Shown: positions 25,963-35,506 of the stretch, in pieces | How the letters are laid out: each line of letters opens with the position of its first letter | Position numbering within the stretch: the first letter of the stretch is position 1 | NCBI GenBank assembly: GCA_015058205.1 | Contig: SVCS01000002.1 | Span: 6,396-70,395 of the forward strand | DNA length: 64,000 nucleotides | DNA from: Clostridiales bacterium | Lineage (GTDB): Bacteria; Bacillota; Clostridia; Peptostreptococcales; Anaerovoracaceae | Reading direction: 5' to 3' | Position numbers and translations under genes: made by a program | The notes under the pieces: generated by a model | The model's database searches: none | What the model was told of the DNA's origin: nothing | The model's input: only the letters and a program-made list of their open reading frames with translations

Positions 25963-27586
25963 GACGAAAACAATCAAGAGAATACTGTGCATCACGCTGA
26001 TGCTTTTTGTGGCAGCAGCGTTTATGCCGACAGCACAGACCTGGGCGGCGTCGAAACCGGCGAAGCCGAAGGTCTCTGTTTCTGTTACTTCTAATTCCGT
26101 CACCCTCAGCTGGAAAAAGGCAAAAGGCGCGAAGAAGTACCAGATCTACCGTTCCACGAGCAAGAACGGAAAATACAAGAAAATCAAAACGACGAAGAAA
26201 CTTTCCTATAAGAACACAGGGCTGACGAAGGGGAAGATGTATTTCTATAAAGTCCGTTCTGTTTCCGGTAAGAAAAAGTCCAAATTCAGGAAGGTCGCGG
26301 CGACCCCGATGACAACACCAACCTGCACATCGAGCTCACTGATGAGCATGAATAAAGTCAGGACGAACTCCATATTAGGGGCCACCGGCTACAATGTGTA
26401 CCGCTCTACGAGCAAAAACAGCGGCTATAAGTATCTGGGCAGCACGACAAACCTGTACTTTAACGATAAGACTGCAAAGATCGGCGTGACCTATTACTAC
26501 AAGATGCGCGCTTACAAGATCGGCAGCGGATATAAGACATACAGTTCCTACAGCGCACCGGGAAGAGGGACGAGGCTCCTGTCTGTCCCGGCTATTACGG
26601 AGCAGGCGTTGATCGAAAATCCTGACGATAACACAAAGAATGCGATTCAAATTACCTGGACCAGAGTTTCCGGTGCAAAAGGATATGAACTCTACCGCTC
26701 CGGTGATACGGGAAAGACATATCAGCGTGTCTACCGCGGAAGTGCGCTGACATTCACAGACAAGAATGTGGCCGAAGAGGATCAGAACGCGCTGAAAGAT
26801 GGAACAACTTATTATTACAAAGTGAGAGCCTATCATACTGTGTTCGACGGCATTGAAGCTTACAGCTATGCCAGCGCATCCAAGCACAGCAGAGATAAAC
26901 TGATCACCCAGGCAAAATCATGGCTTGGTTTTGATGAAAAGAAAAACAAAAAGTTCAAGCAGATTGTCGATGTGTACAACGGCTATCTGCCTTTGGCGCG
27001 TGATGTAAAGGGTGAGTACAAGCAGGCCTGGTGCACGACCTATGTTACGGCGTGCGCCATCAAGGCGGATCTGGTTGACATCATGCCGAGAGAGAGAATC
27101 TGCAGATACATGATCGATCAGTACAAAGAGCTTGGATGTTGGGTCGAAAAGGACTCCTATACACCGAAGCCAGGCGACCTGATTCTCTACGACTGGGAAG
27201 ACAACGGCAAGGGAGACTGCACAGGCGCGCCGAACCATATCGGCATCGTTGTCAGTGTCAGCGGCGGCAAGATCACTGATATTGAAGGCAATAATAATGA
27301 TCTCTACGGACATCCGGTTTCCTACAGAACGGTGAAAGTGAACAGCAGATACATCAGAGGATTCATGACACCTCAGTTTGATGTGAACAACGGCATTCTG
27401 TTCACACTTGACCGTGCCGATGTCAATGCACAGGAAGCAGAAACGGTTCAGGAGCCTGTAACAGAAGAGCTACAGGAACCGGAAGACGATTGTCAGAGTA
27501 TCGTTGAAGAAGAAATACCAACCACAGACGATGATTATCAATCTACTGATGCGGATGAGCAGACAGCTGATTCTTTTGAAGACTAA
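25952..27586 (+). CDS. Secreted protein with 3-4 Fn3-like modules and a C-terminal CHAP (NlpC/P60-like) peptidoglycan hydrolase domain
   Basis: Signal peptide ending TWAAS. Repeated modules are present (KKYQIYRSTSKNGKYKKI, GYNVYRSTSKNSGYKYL, GYELYRSGDTGKTYQRV). The CHAP core is QAWCTTYVTACA...PGDLILYDWEDNG...PNHIGIVVSVSGGKITDIEGNNN. Confidence 0.7.
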   Translation: MTNKTKTIKRILCITLMLFVAAAFMPTAQTWAASKPAKPKVSVSVTSNSVTLSWKKAKGAKKYQIYRSTSKNGKYKKIKTTKKLSYKNTGLTKGKMYFYKVRSVSGKKKSKFRKVAATPMTTPTCTSSSLMSMNKVRTNSILGATGYNVYRSTSKNSGYKYLGSTTNLYFNDKTAKIGVTYYYKMRAYKIGSGYKTYSSYSAPGRGTRLLSVPAITEQALIENPDDNTKNAIQITWTRVSGAKGYELYRSGDTGKTYQRVYRGSALTFTDKNVAEEDQNALKDGTTYYYKVRAYHTVFDGIEAYSYASASKHSRDKLITQAKSWLGFDEKKNKKFKQIVDVYNGYLPLARDVKGEYKQAWCTTYVTACAIKADLVDIMPRERICRYMIDQYKELGCWVEKDSYTPKPGDLILYDWEDNGKGDCTGAPNHIGIVVSVSGGKITDIEGNNNDLYGHPVSYRTVKVNSRYIRGFMTPQFDVNNGILFTLDRADVNAQEAETVQEPVTEELQEPEDDCQSIVEEEIPTTDDDYQSTDADEQTADSFED

Positions 27587-27624
27587 TGAACAGTTAGCCT
27601 CGGACATGTTGCATAGGTATAAAA

Positions 27625-29055
27625 ATGGAGATATTTAGAAGTATTGAAAAGAGAAGAATAGCAATACTAGTGGCTGTCATAATGTCAGTTTCGTCTTTTG
27701 GTGTAATAGCCACAGACTATTCCTATGCTGCGAAAAAGAAGAAGGTAACAAGTGTGACATTAACAAATGTTGGGAACGCATTTTCGATCAAAAAAGGAGA
27801 AAGCAAAAAACTAAAATATAGAATAACGGCAAAAAAGAAGTATAGAAAAGTAAAGTGGAAGTCAAGTAATAAAAATATAGTATCTGTTAATAAAAGAGGA
27901 ATAATTACAGCGAAAAAGAAGGGTACAGCATATATTACTGTCTACTCAAAAACAAAAAAGAGAATAAAGGACAGAGTTAAAATAACAGTTACAGTTCCTG
28001 TCACATCAGTTCTGTTAGGGGGCAGCACTATCTATGTTAAGCAAGGAGAGCAGAAAAGAATTGTTTCTTCTGTTAAACCATCTGATGCGTCAAATAAAAG
28101 CCTTGGATGGACTTCATCAGATAACACAATTGCTTCCGTGTCATCAAACGGGGTAGTGTTAGGAAAACAAAAGGGGATGGTGACAATAAGAGCCACCGCG
28201 AATGATGGAAGTGGCAAATATGGATACGTGACAGTCAAGGTCATAAACCTAAGCAGGAGCGATGCTGAGTTCATAGCACACAGAGGATATAGTTCAAATG
28301 CACCAGAGAACACCTTGGTAGCTTTTGAAATGGCCTCGCGAAATAATTTTCATGGGGCAGAGATGGATGTTTGGGAATCGGACGCATATCTCAAGGAGAC
28401 AGACGACCCCGACTATATGGAAGACTGTTTTGACTTAAACATCATGCATGATTCATCTACAGGGAGAATGTGCGATAAGGATGTTGACATTTGGGCAGTC
28501 AATGACTTGAACAGGCATGATTATCCTATTACAAAAGGGAATGGAATAGATAATTATTCAACACAGTACATACCCACTCTTGAGGATGCCCTTAGTATTC
28601 TCAATGAGACAAATATCGAGACAGGACACGAGACATTACCTGTAATAGAATTAAAACAAGACAGTTACTCAAATGAAGCAATTGTGCATATGATTGATCT
28701 CGTTCAAGACTATGGTGGCAGCGCAACCTTTATCAGTTTTAAAACAAACCCGCTTAATCAGATACAGGAAGAAATCGATGTACGTGTGAAAAAAGGTATC
28801 CTTGCTGATGGTCAGATACAGACAAATTATCTGGCAAACAGCATAGATCAGAGTGTGGTTGATTCTTGTGTTTCAAATGGATATAGTGGCATATCAATAA
28901 GCTATAAGGCAATTACAGAAAGTATAATCAGTTATGCACATAGTCAAGGACTAATAGTAGCTGCATGGACAATACCTTCTATGGAGGAGGCAGCGCGTTT
29001 GATTGACATGGGTGTAGATAGGGTAACAAGCGACTATAAGATCTTTACAGAGTAA
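27625..29055 (+). CDS. Secreted Big_2 (x2) + glycerophosphodiester phosphodiesterase (GDPD) domain protein
   Basis: Big_2-like repeats (KWKSSNKNIVSVNKRGIITAKKKGTAYITV; GWTSSDNTIASVSSNGVVLGKQKGMVTIRA). The GDPD start is FIAHRGYSSNAPENTLVAFEMA...GAEMDVWES. Confidence 0.75.
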   Translation: MEIFRSIEKRRIAILVAVIMSVSSFGVIATDYSYAAKKKKVTSVTLTNVGNAFSIKKGESKKLKYRITAKKKYRKVKWKSSNKNIVSVNKRGIITAKKKGTAYITVYSKTKKRIKDRVKITVTVPVTSVLLGGSTIYVKQGEQKRIVSSVKPSDASNKSLGWTSSDNTIASVSSNGVVLGKQKGMVTIRATANDGSGKYGYVTVKVINLSRSDAEFIAHRGYSSNAPENTLVAFEMASRNNFHGAEMDVWESDAYLKETDDPDYMEDCFDLNIMHDSSTGRMCDKDVDIWAVNDLNRHDYPITKGNGIDNYSTQYIPTLEDALSILNETNIETGHETLPVIELKQDSYSNEAIVHMIDLVQDYGGSATFISFKTNPLNQIQEEIDVRVKKGILADGQIQTNYLANSIDQSVVDSCVSNGYSGISISYKAITESIISYAHSQGLIVAAWTIPSMEEAARLIDMGVDRVTSDYKIFTE

Positions 29056-29060
29056 TAATC

Positions 29061-30650
29061 ATGGCATTTACATCTATATATTTTATTATCTTCGCACTGG
29101 CGACCGTAATTGCATATTACATCACACCCATCCGATTCAGATGGGTGGTTTTGCTTACGGCAAGCTATGTGTTCTATCTTCTGTCAAGTCCGAAGACATT
29201 CGTATTCGTGCTTCTGACGACTGTCGTAACTTATTTCGGCGGCCGCTACATCAGCGGATGCAACGACAGTCACAAAGCCTATATGGCAGAGCACAAAGAG
29301 CTTTCGCGTTCCGAGAAAAAAGAACTGAAAGCACAGAACCAGAAGAAAAAGAGGCGCATGGTAGCGCTGATTCTCATTATAGATTTCGGCATTTTAGCCG
29401 TTCTGAAGTACTTCAGATATTATCTGCAGGCTGCGGGGATTCTGGATACGGGAGCGTTGCTGATACCCCTTGGCATCTCATTCTACACCTTCCAATCTGC
29501 AGCTTATATCTTTGATATCTACAGAAACAAAATCGACGCGGATACGAACATCGCCAAGTTTGCACTGTTCACAGCGTTCTTTCCGCAGATCATTCAGGGA
29601 CCGATCAGCAGACACGATCAGCTGGCGCATCAGCTCTACGAAGGAAACCGGTTTGCCTACAGAAATCTGACCCACGGCGCTCAGCTGATCCTTTGGGGCT
29701 TCTTCAAGAAGCTGGTGATCGCAGACAGAGTAGCGATTCTGTGCAGCCAGGTGTTCAATCATCATACAGATTACACGGGAGGAGCTGTATTCGTTGCGCT
29801 TCTCTTTTACACCATACAGATCTATGCAGACTTCAGCGGCGGAATCGATATTGCCAGAGGTGTCGCCCAGTGCATGGGCATCGATATGATCGACAACTTC
29901 AGGCGGCCTTACTTTGCCAACTCACTGTCGGACTTCTGGAACAGATGGCATATCTCCCTGAGTTTCTGGTGCAGGGATTACATTTTCTATCCTGTTGCCC
30001 TGTCTAAATTTTTCGGTAAAGCGGGCAAAAATCTCCGCAGCATATTCGGTGACCGCGTGGGAAAACTGTTCCCTGCAATCATCGCGCAGTACTGCACCTT
30101 TCTTACGATCGGACTGTGGCATGGAGCTGACTTCAAGTTCATCGCGTACGGTCTTTACAATGGAACCGTCATCGTGCTTGCCCTGCTGCTGGATCCGTAT
30201 TTCAAATCTGCAATCGAAAAACTGCACATCAATGTGAACGCATGGTGGTGGAAGGCATTCCAGATCATCCGGACCTTCTTCATCGTGGTGTTCGGACGCA
30301 TCTTCCCGAAGGCAGCTTCCTTCGGTGTTGCCATCAGCATGTTCCTTTCCATATTCAGACCAAACGTCGGTACGCCGTTCAGCGAGACCATTATGTCGCT
30401 TGGACTTGGCAGTATTGATTTTGCAATACTGTTTGTATGCTGCGGAGTCTGGTTCATAATCAGCCTGATCGAAGAACGAAACAGCAAGTACAGCGACGGT
30501 ACAAACAGCAGCGCATTGAGAGCTATTCTGGATGAGAAACCGCTGGCAGTCAGATGGGGGCTGTTCCTGCTGCTCCTGGCTGCAGTGCTTGCCCTCGGCA
30601 TCTACGGCCCGGGCTATGACGCCAGCGCATTTATCTACAGGGGTTTCTGA
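29061..30650 (+). CDS. MBOAT family O-acyltransferase (DltB/AlgI-like)
   Basis: Polytopic protein with ISFYTFQSAAYIFDIYR and FWNRWHISLSFWCRDYIFYP, the latter containing the conserved His. Confidence 0.85.
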   Translation: MAFTSIYFIIFALATVIAYYITPIRFRWVVLLTASYVFYLLSSPKTFVFVLLTTVVTYFGGRYISGCNDSHKAYMAEHKELSRSEKKELKAQNQKKKRRMVALILIIDFGILAVLKYFRYYLQAAGILDTGALLIPLGISFYTFQSAAYIFDIYRNKIDADTNIAKFALFTAFFPQIIQGPISRHDQLAHQLYEGNRFAYRNLTHGAQLILWGFFKKLVIADRVAILCSQVFNHHTDYTGGAVFVALLFYTIQIYADFSGGIDIARGVAQCMGIDMIDNFRRPYFANSLSDFWNRWHISLSFWCRDYIFYPVALSKFFGKAGKNLRSIFGDRVGKLFPAIIAQYCTFLTIGLWHGADFKFIAYGLYNGTVIVLALLLDPYFKSAIEKLHINVNAWWWKAFQIIRTFFIVVFGRIFPKAASFGVAISMFLSIFRPNVGTPFSETIMSLGLGSIDFAILFVCCGVWFIISLIEERNSKYSDGTNSSALRAILDEKPLAVRWGLFLLLLAAVLALGIYGPGYDASAFIYRGF

Positions 30651-30660
30651 TATCCGTTTA

Positions 30661-30669
30661 TGGTATAAT
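30661..30669 (+). promoter_or_regulatory. Extended -10 element (TGGTATAAT) upstream of the initiating sugar transferase
   Basis: TGGTATAAT at 30661-30669. No convincing -35 box. It would place the transcription start near the track's first ATG (30674), which favours ATG 30695. Confidence 0.4.
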
Positions 30670-30694
30670 AACTATGTATAGGCAGGAAAAGGCT

Positions 30695-31333
30695 ATGGCT
30701 GGACATAAAAAGGGAATCTATGAAAAGTTCATAAAGAGGCCCCAGGACTTCTGCTGCGCTGCAATTGCAACAGTGCTGCTCAGTCCCGTTCTGGCTGGAA
30801 CAGCCATTGCGGTGAGAGTGAATCTCGGGTCGCCGGTCATCTTTAAACAGGACCGGCCGGGAAAAGACGGAAAGGTGTTCAAGCTTTTCAAATTCCGTTC
30901 CATGACGGATGCCAGAGATGAGAATGGGGAGCTTCTGCCTGATGAAGACCGCATGACGAAGTTCTCATATGCATTGCGCAAGACAAGCGCAGACGAGCTG
31001 CCGGAACTGATCAACATTCTGAAGGGCGATATGTCTATCGTCGGACCGCGCCCGCTTTTGGTGCGTTATCTGGAGAGATACAACGCTCATCAGGCGAGAA
31101 GACACGAAGTGCGTCCGGGCTTCACAGGACTTGCGCAGATCAACGGAAGAAATTCCATTTCCTGGGAAGAGAAGTTCGACCTGGACGTGCAGTATGTTGA
31201 CAACGTGACGTTCTTAAATGACTGGAAAATCATTTTCGGGACTGTTAAAACCGTCCTGAAGAGAGAAGGAATCAGTTCAGATACCTCAGCGACGATGGAA
31301 GAGTTTTTCGGAACGGAGGAAGACAGATCATGA
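30695..31333 (+). CDS. Small (PglC/WecA-independent type) undecaprenyl-phosphate sugar-1-phosphate transferase
   Basis: One N-terminal TM segment, then PVIFKQDRPGKDGKVFKLFKFRSM and DELPELINILKGDMSIVGPRP, which is the bacterial sugar transferase signature. Confidence 0.85.
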   Translation: MAGHKKGIYEKFIKRPQDFCCAAIATVLLSPVLAGTAIAVRVNLGSPVIFKQDRPGKDGKVFKLFKFRSMTDARDENGELLPDEDRMTKFSYALRKTSADELPELINILKGDMSIVGPRPLLVRYLERYNAHQARRHEVRPGFTGLAQINGRNSISWEEKFDLDVQYVDNVTFLNDWKIIFGTVKTVLKREGISSDTSATMEEFFGTEEDRS

Positions 31334-32430
31334 AAATCCTGTATGTTTTTACAGTAGGCGGAATGAGCACCTTCTTCCCGGATCTTACCAGAAAGCTTCT
31401 GGACAGGGGAGATCAGGTGGACATTGCTTGCAATGATACAGATAGAGTGAAACAGTGCTACAGAGACTGGAACTGCGGCATTTACAAACTGTCCTGCGGC
31501 AGAAGCCCCATGAGCTCCGGAAACAGGAAGGCCATCAAGGAAATCAGAGAACTGGTGGAGCGAAATCAGTATGACATCGTCCACTGCCACTCTCCTGTTG
31601 CCGCCTTCTGCACAAGAATGGCATGCAAAGACCTGAGAAAAAAAGATGGGCTGAAGGTGTTCTACACCGCCCACGGGTTCCATTTCTTCAAAGGAGCCCC
31701 GGCGAAGTACTGGACCGTATTTTATCCTCTGGAGCGTATGTGTTCAAAATGGACGGATGTGCTGATTACCATCAATGAGGAAGATTATCAGAGAGCCAGC
31801 AGAAAGATGAAGGCGGATGAAGTCATCTATGTTCCCGGTGTCGGCGTTGATATCGGGAAATTCCGCGATGCGGAGTGCGACAGGGAAACCCTCAGAAATG
31901 AAATCGGGCTTCCAGAGGATGCGTTTATGCTTTTGTCCGTCGGTGCGCTCATCGACAGAAAGAATCTTACTTCGGTCATGACAGCCCTTGATATACTAGG
32001 CAATGAGAAGATCCATTACGTTGTTGTAGGCGAGGGGGCCAAAGAAAAGGAAATCAAGGAATACGCCGCCAGTCTGAAATGCGCGGATAGGATTCATTTC
32101 CTAGGGAGACGGGAAGATATCCCGCAGCTATGCAAGGCAGCAGACTGCTTCATTCTTCCATCCTTCCAGGAGGGGCTCCCGGTTGCGCTTATGGAAGCGA
32201 TGGCGTCAGGCCTTCCTGCGCTGGGCGCGGACATCAGAGGCGTGCAGGATCTGATCAGCAGTGAACGACGCTTTGCGCCGACTGATTATGATTGTATCGC
32301 TGAACTGGTTGATAAGATGTATCTCTCGCCGAAGTGGAGAGAAGAAGCCATTGCAGAGGATGTGAGCAAGATTGCCGGATTCTCTGAAGAGACAGTCAAT
32401 AAACAGATGTTGGAAATATACGGAGGTTGA
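31330..32430 (+). CDS. Glycosyltransferase family 4 (GT-B)
   Basis: C-terminal EX7E region PSFQEGLPVALMEAMASGLP. The start overlaps the upstream stop. Confidence 0.8.
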   Translation: MKILYVFTVGGMSTFFPDLTRKLLDRGDQVDIACNDTDRVKQCYRDWNCGIYKLSCGRSPMSSGNRKAIKEIRELVERNQYDIVHCHSPVAAFCTRMACKDLRKKDGLKVFYTAHGFHFFKGAPAKYWTVFYPLERMCSKWTDVLITINEEDYQRASRKMKADEVIYVPGVGVDIGKFRDAECDRETLRNEIGLPEDAFMLLSVGALIDRKNLTSVMTALDILGNEKIHYVVVGEGAKEKEIKEYAASLKCADRIHFLGRREDIPQLCKAADCFILPSFQEGLPVALMEAMASGLPALGADIRGVQDLISSERRFAPTDYDCIAELVDKMYLSPKWREEAIAEDVSKIAGFSEETVNKQMLEIYGG

Positions 32431-32431
32431 G

Positions 32432-33244
32432 ATGAAAGACAGTGATATTAAGAAACTGCAGGAGGTTGAACTGCAGATACTGAAAGATTTCGATGCGTAC
32501 TGCACCAAACACGGTATCGACTACAGTTTGAGCGGCGGCACACTGCTTGGCGCTGTCAGACATCAGGGGTTTATTCCATGGGACGACGATACGGATTCCA
32601 TCATGACCCGTGAGAACCACAAGAAGTTCTTCAAGGCGTGGGAAGAAGACCCAATGGAAGGATACGTGCTGCAGAATGTTTATACAGATCCTACGTGCGG
32701 CAATAACCACACGAAGATCCGGAAGAAGGGCACCAAGTTCCTGACGGAAGGGGAGGAAGACCGCGGTGATTTCAGCGGCATCTGGATCGACCTGTTCGTC
32801 ATGGATAAGGTGGACAACAATGAAGAAGCGCTGGCGTATATGAGAAAGACCGGACGTGAGATCTACAAGATCACCAGAGGCTACGCGACCAGCAGACACG
32901 ACGGCGTGAAAAGAAAACTGCAGCGTGCGGTTCTCCGTGCCATGTACAACGAAAAGAATATTCCACAGAAGTATGCGGAAGCGGATCAGGCACTCCAGAA
33001 ATTCGCGGATACAGAGAATGATTTCGTCTGGATGGATGTCGCCTGCGAGCCGGAGATGTATCGTGTGCTTCCGGCGAATCTGGCAGATGAATATGTCAGA
33101 CTTCCGTTCTGCGACGGGCAGTTCAAGGTGTTCAAAGAGTACGACAAAATACTTACGATAAGATTTGGTGATTACATGCAGCTGCCGCCTGTAGAACAGC
33201 GCGTCTGCCTGCATAACCCATCTGTGATTATCACTGGAGAGTAA
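32432..33244 (+). CDS. LicD family phosphotransferase
   Basis: IDYSLSGGTLLGAVRHQGFIPWDDDTDSIM and FGDYMQLPP. ATG 32432 follows GGAGG and comes directly after the upstream stop. Confidence 0.8.
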   Translation: MKDSDIKKLQEVELQILKDFDAYCTKHGIDYSLSGGTLLGAVRHQGFIPWDDDTDSIMTRENHKKFFKAWEEDPMEGYVLQNVYTDPTCGNNHTKIRKKGTKFLTEGEEDRGDFSGIWIDLFVMDKVDNNEEALAYMRKTGREIYKITRGYATSRHDGVKRKLQRAVLRAMYNEKNIPQKYAEADQALQKFADTENDFVWMDVACEPEMYRVLPANLADEYVRLPFCDGQFKVFKEYDKILTIRFGDYMQLPPVEQRVCLHNPSVIITGE

Positions 33245-33262
33245 CTGGATCATAACTGGATC

Positions 33263-34711
33263 ATGGCAACAGATATTTACGGTAAAAAAAGCATAGTCAG
33301 AAACATATTGTGGAAGTTCCTCGAAAGAGGTTCTTCTCTTATCGTGTCATTTGCCGTAACCATGATTCTGGCGAGACTGCTGGATCCATCGGATTTCGGC
33401 GTCATCGCCATTATGAACGTATTTGTTCTTCTGCTCATGATATTCGTCTATGACGGATTGGGCAATGCGCTCGTCCAGAAGAAGGACTCGGATCAGATCG
33501 ATTTCTCATCGATGCTGTGGCTGAACCTGTGTGTGTCAGGCGTGATTTATGCAGCATTGTTCTTTGCAGCGCCATTTATTGCGGCGTTCTTCGGATACCC
33601 GGAAATAACAGCCATGATCAGAGTGCTGTCCATCAAGATCATCGTGGCGGCCCTCAATTCCATACAGATGGCTTATGTGTCCAAGAATATGCTGTTTCGC
33701 TTCTACTTCTACTCGACATTGACCAGCAAGATCGGTTCGGGTGTGCTCGGCGTCATTATGGCGCTGACAGGATTCGGCGTATGGGCGCTGGTAGCCCAGG
33801 CGCTGAGTGTAACCGTCTTTGAGACAGCCGTACTGTGGTTCAAGGTCAAGTGGAGACCGAGGAAGGTCTTTTCCTGGGAGAGAGCGAAGCCGCTGTATGC
33901 TTTTGCATGGAAAGTTATGCTGGTCAAGTTCATCGAACAGAGCCAGGACCAGTACAGAAAGATGCTGATCGGCAAAATCTACACATCCAGCGAACTGGCT
34001 TTCTATGATAAAGGTGCGAATCTGCCGAACGTGCTGATCTCAAATCTTGCCACTTCGACGACAGCCGTCATGTTTCCGGTCCTGTCCAATATACAGGATG
34101 ATAAAGAACGTGTCCTTGAGACTATGCGGAAGTGGATCAGTCTGTTTGCCTTCGGAGCATTCCCTCTGGCAACCGGTATCATTGCCACTGCGAAGCCGGT
34201 CATCGTCATACTGTATTCGGCCAAGTGGCTGCCTTCCGTCCCGTTCCTGATTCTGTGCTGCGTCATCTACGCTACGTGGGCGCTGGAATGGCCGCTGAAG
34301 GATACCATCAAATCCATCGGCAGAGCGGATGTCTGCCTCTATATGCAGATTGCAAAGACCATCATTACGGTTGTGGCAATCACATTGGCAAGGAACGGGG
34401 GCGTGCTCTTCATCGCTGAGGTAGCAGTAGGATGCGCCATCGTAAATGTTCTGATTAGCGTTGCCTGCGGGAACAGATATCTGGGATACAAGCCAATGAT
34501 GCTGGTAAAGGATATTTATAAGACGATTCTCCTCTGTATACTGATGGGCGCATGTGTCTATGCAATCGGTATGATTGGCTGGAACATGTATCTGCTGTTC
34601 GTCATACAGGTTATCGTCGGCATGGGCGTCTACGCAGGAGCCGCATTTGTTACAAAAAATGAGAACCTTCAGGCTCTCATCAATCTCATCAAAGAAAAGA
34701 AAAGAAGCTGA
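33263..34711 (+). CDS. Wzx-type polysaccharide flippase (MOP superfamily)
   Basis: About 12-14 TM segments. The N-terminus NILWKFLERGSSLIVSFAVTMILARLLDPSDFG is typical of polysaccharide biosynthesis/Wzx proteins. Confidence 0.8.
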   Translation: MATDIYGKKSIVRNILWKFLERGSSLIVSFAVTMILARLLDPSDFGVIAIMNVFVLLLMIFVYDGLGNALVQKKDSDQIDFSSMLWLNLCVSGVIYAALFFAAPFIAAFFGYPEITAMIRVLSIKIIVAALNSIQMAYVSKNMLFRFYFYSTLTSKIGSGVLGVIMALTGFGVWALVAQALSVTVFETAVLWFKVKWRPRKVFSWERAKPLYAFAWKVMLVKFIEQSQDQYRKMLIGKIYTSSELAFYDKGANLPNVLISNLATSTTAVMFPVLSNIQDDKERVLETMRKWISLFAFGAFPLATGIIATAKPVIVILYSAKWLPSVPFLILCCVIYATWALEWPLKDTIKSIGRADVCLYMQIAKTIITVVAITLARNGGVLFIAEVAVGCAIVNVLISVACGNRYLGYKPMMLVKDIYKTILLCILMGACVYAIGMIGWNMYLLFVIQVIVGMGVYAGAAFVTKNENLQALINLIKEKKRS

Positions 34712-34725
34712 GTTACTCAGCTTCT
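34703..34725. terminator. Bidirectional hairpin spanning two convergent stop codons
   Basis: AGAAGCTGAG-TTA-CTCAGCTTCT has 10-bp arms and T-rich tracts on both sides. The TGA of the flippase (34709-34711) and the TAA of the minus-strand lipoprotein (34713-34715) both lie inside it. Confidence 0.55.
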
Positions 34726-35273
34726 TCTGTTTCTTCTGCTTCTTTTGTAAACCCTGCGTCTTCGAATATTTTGGTAAGATCTTCGAGAGATAGGTAATCC
34801 TTATCGTTTTCAATACCGACATATTCTTTATAAGCGTCAACATCGAATTTTGTCATATCGAACTTCAGCACTTCCGTTCTCACCTGACCGTTAACGCCGA
34901 CATCCCAAGTAAAACCGTCCTTATCCTTGAATCCGGTATCGTCCAGCATGCCATCATAATCTTCAAGATGCATCTGAAAGATGTATTTGTCTGTTTCTGC
35001 GGACATATCGTCCACCGTTACCTCCGTAACGCCCATGACTTTATCGCCGTCATACTCAATCGTGACAGTTTTTTTGTAGAGATCTTCTTTCACTTCATTA
35101 TCTTCATAGGTATAGACAACCGTGTCATAGTCGCTGACCACTTCCGTTGAGACAGTGTTGTCCGCGCCGTTTTCATCACTCTCAGTATCACTGCCGCCGC
35201 AGGCTGTAAATGCAAGAAGCATGGTCAGAGAAAGCACTGCAGTCAGTATCGTATTTAGAATTGGTTTTTTCAT
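34713..35273 (-). CDS. Acidic lipoprotein of unknown function
   Basis: Signal peptide with lipobox LLAFTAC-GG. The mature part is D/E/T-rich. RBS AGAGGGG lies upstream of the ATG. Confidence 0.65.
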   Translation of the reverse strand: MKKPILNTILTAVLSLTMLLAFTACGGSDTESDENGADNTVSTEVVSDYDTVVYTYEDNEVKEDLYKKTVTIEYDGDKVMGVTEVTVDDMSAETDKYIFQMHLEDYDGMLDDTGFKDKDGFTWDVGVNGQVRTEVLKFDMTKFDVDAYKEYVGIENDKDYLSLEDLTKIFEDAGFTKEAEETEEAE

Positions 35274-35423
35274 AGTCTGTTACCCCTCTTTCAATTTCAT
35301 GATGTCAAATCAGTTATTGTTCATTTGCGTCTAAATTATAAACACTTGCTCTGGGAAAGTCAATTTTTGAGAGACTGAGAGGTCATCTAAACACATTTTA
35401 ATGAGAAGCTAAATGTGTGTTAA

Positions 35424-35453
35424 TTGACCTTATGCTGAATACAGGAATATTAT
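35424..35453 (+). promoter_or_regulatory. Sigma-A-like promoter with an adjacent 8-bp inverted repeat
   Basis: TTGACC (35424-35429), an 18-nt spacer, then TATTAT (35448-35453). The inverted repeat ACACATTT / AAATGTGT (35391-35398 / 35411-35418) sits just upstream of the -35 box. Confidence 0.5.
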
Positions 35454-35506
35454 CATCTTGTAGACTCGCGTAAAGTCTGCAATCAACAGTTCAGTGAGGT
35501 AAGGAC

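Noticed and set aside
32396-33253. A 285-aa antisense ORF over the LicD gene. Similar long antisense or off-frame ORFs occur at 19019-20104, 20739-21509, 34040-34843, 61414-62400, 11790-12617, 15548-16300 and 8849-9568.
   Set aside because: Each overlaps a sense-strand gene with strong family signatures. Their translations lack motifs, RBSs and sensible composition, so they are treated as shadow ORFs.
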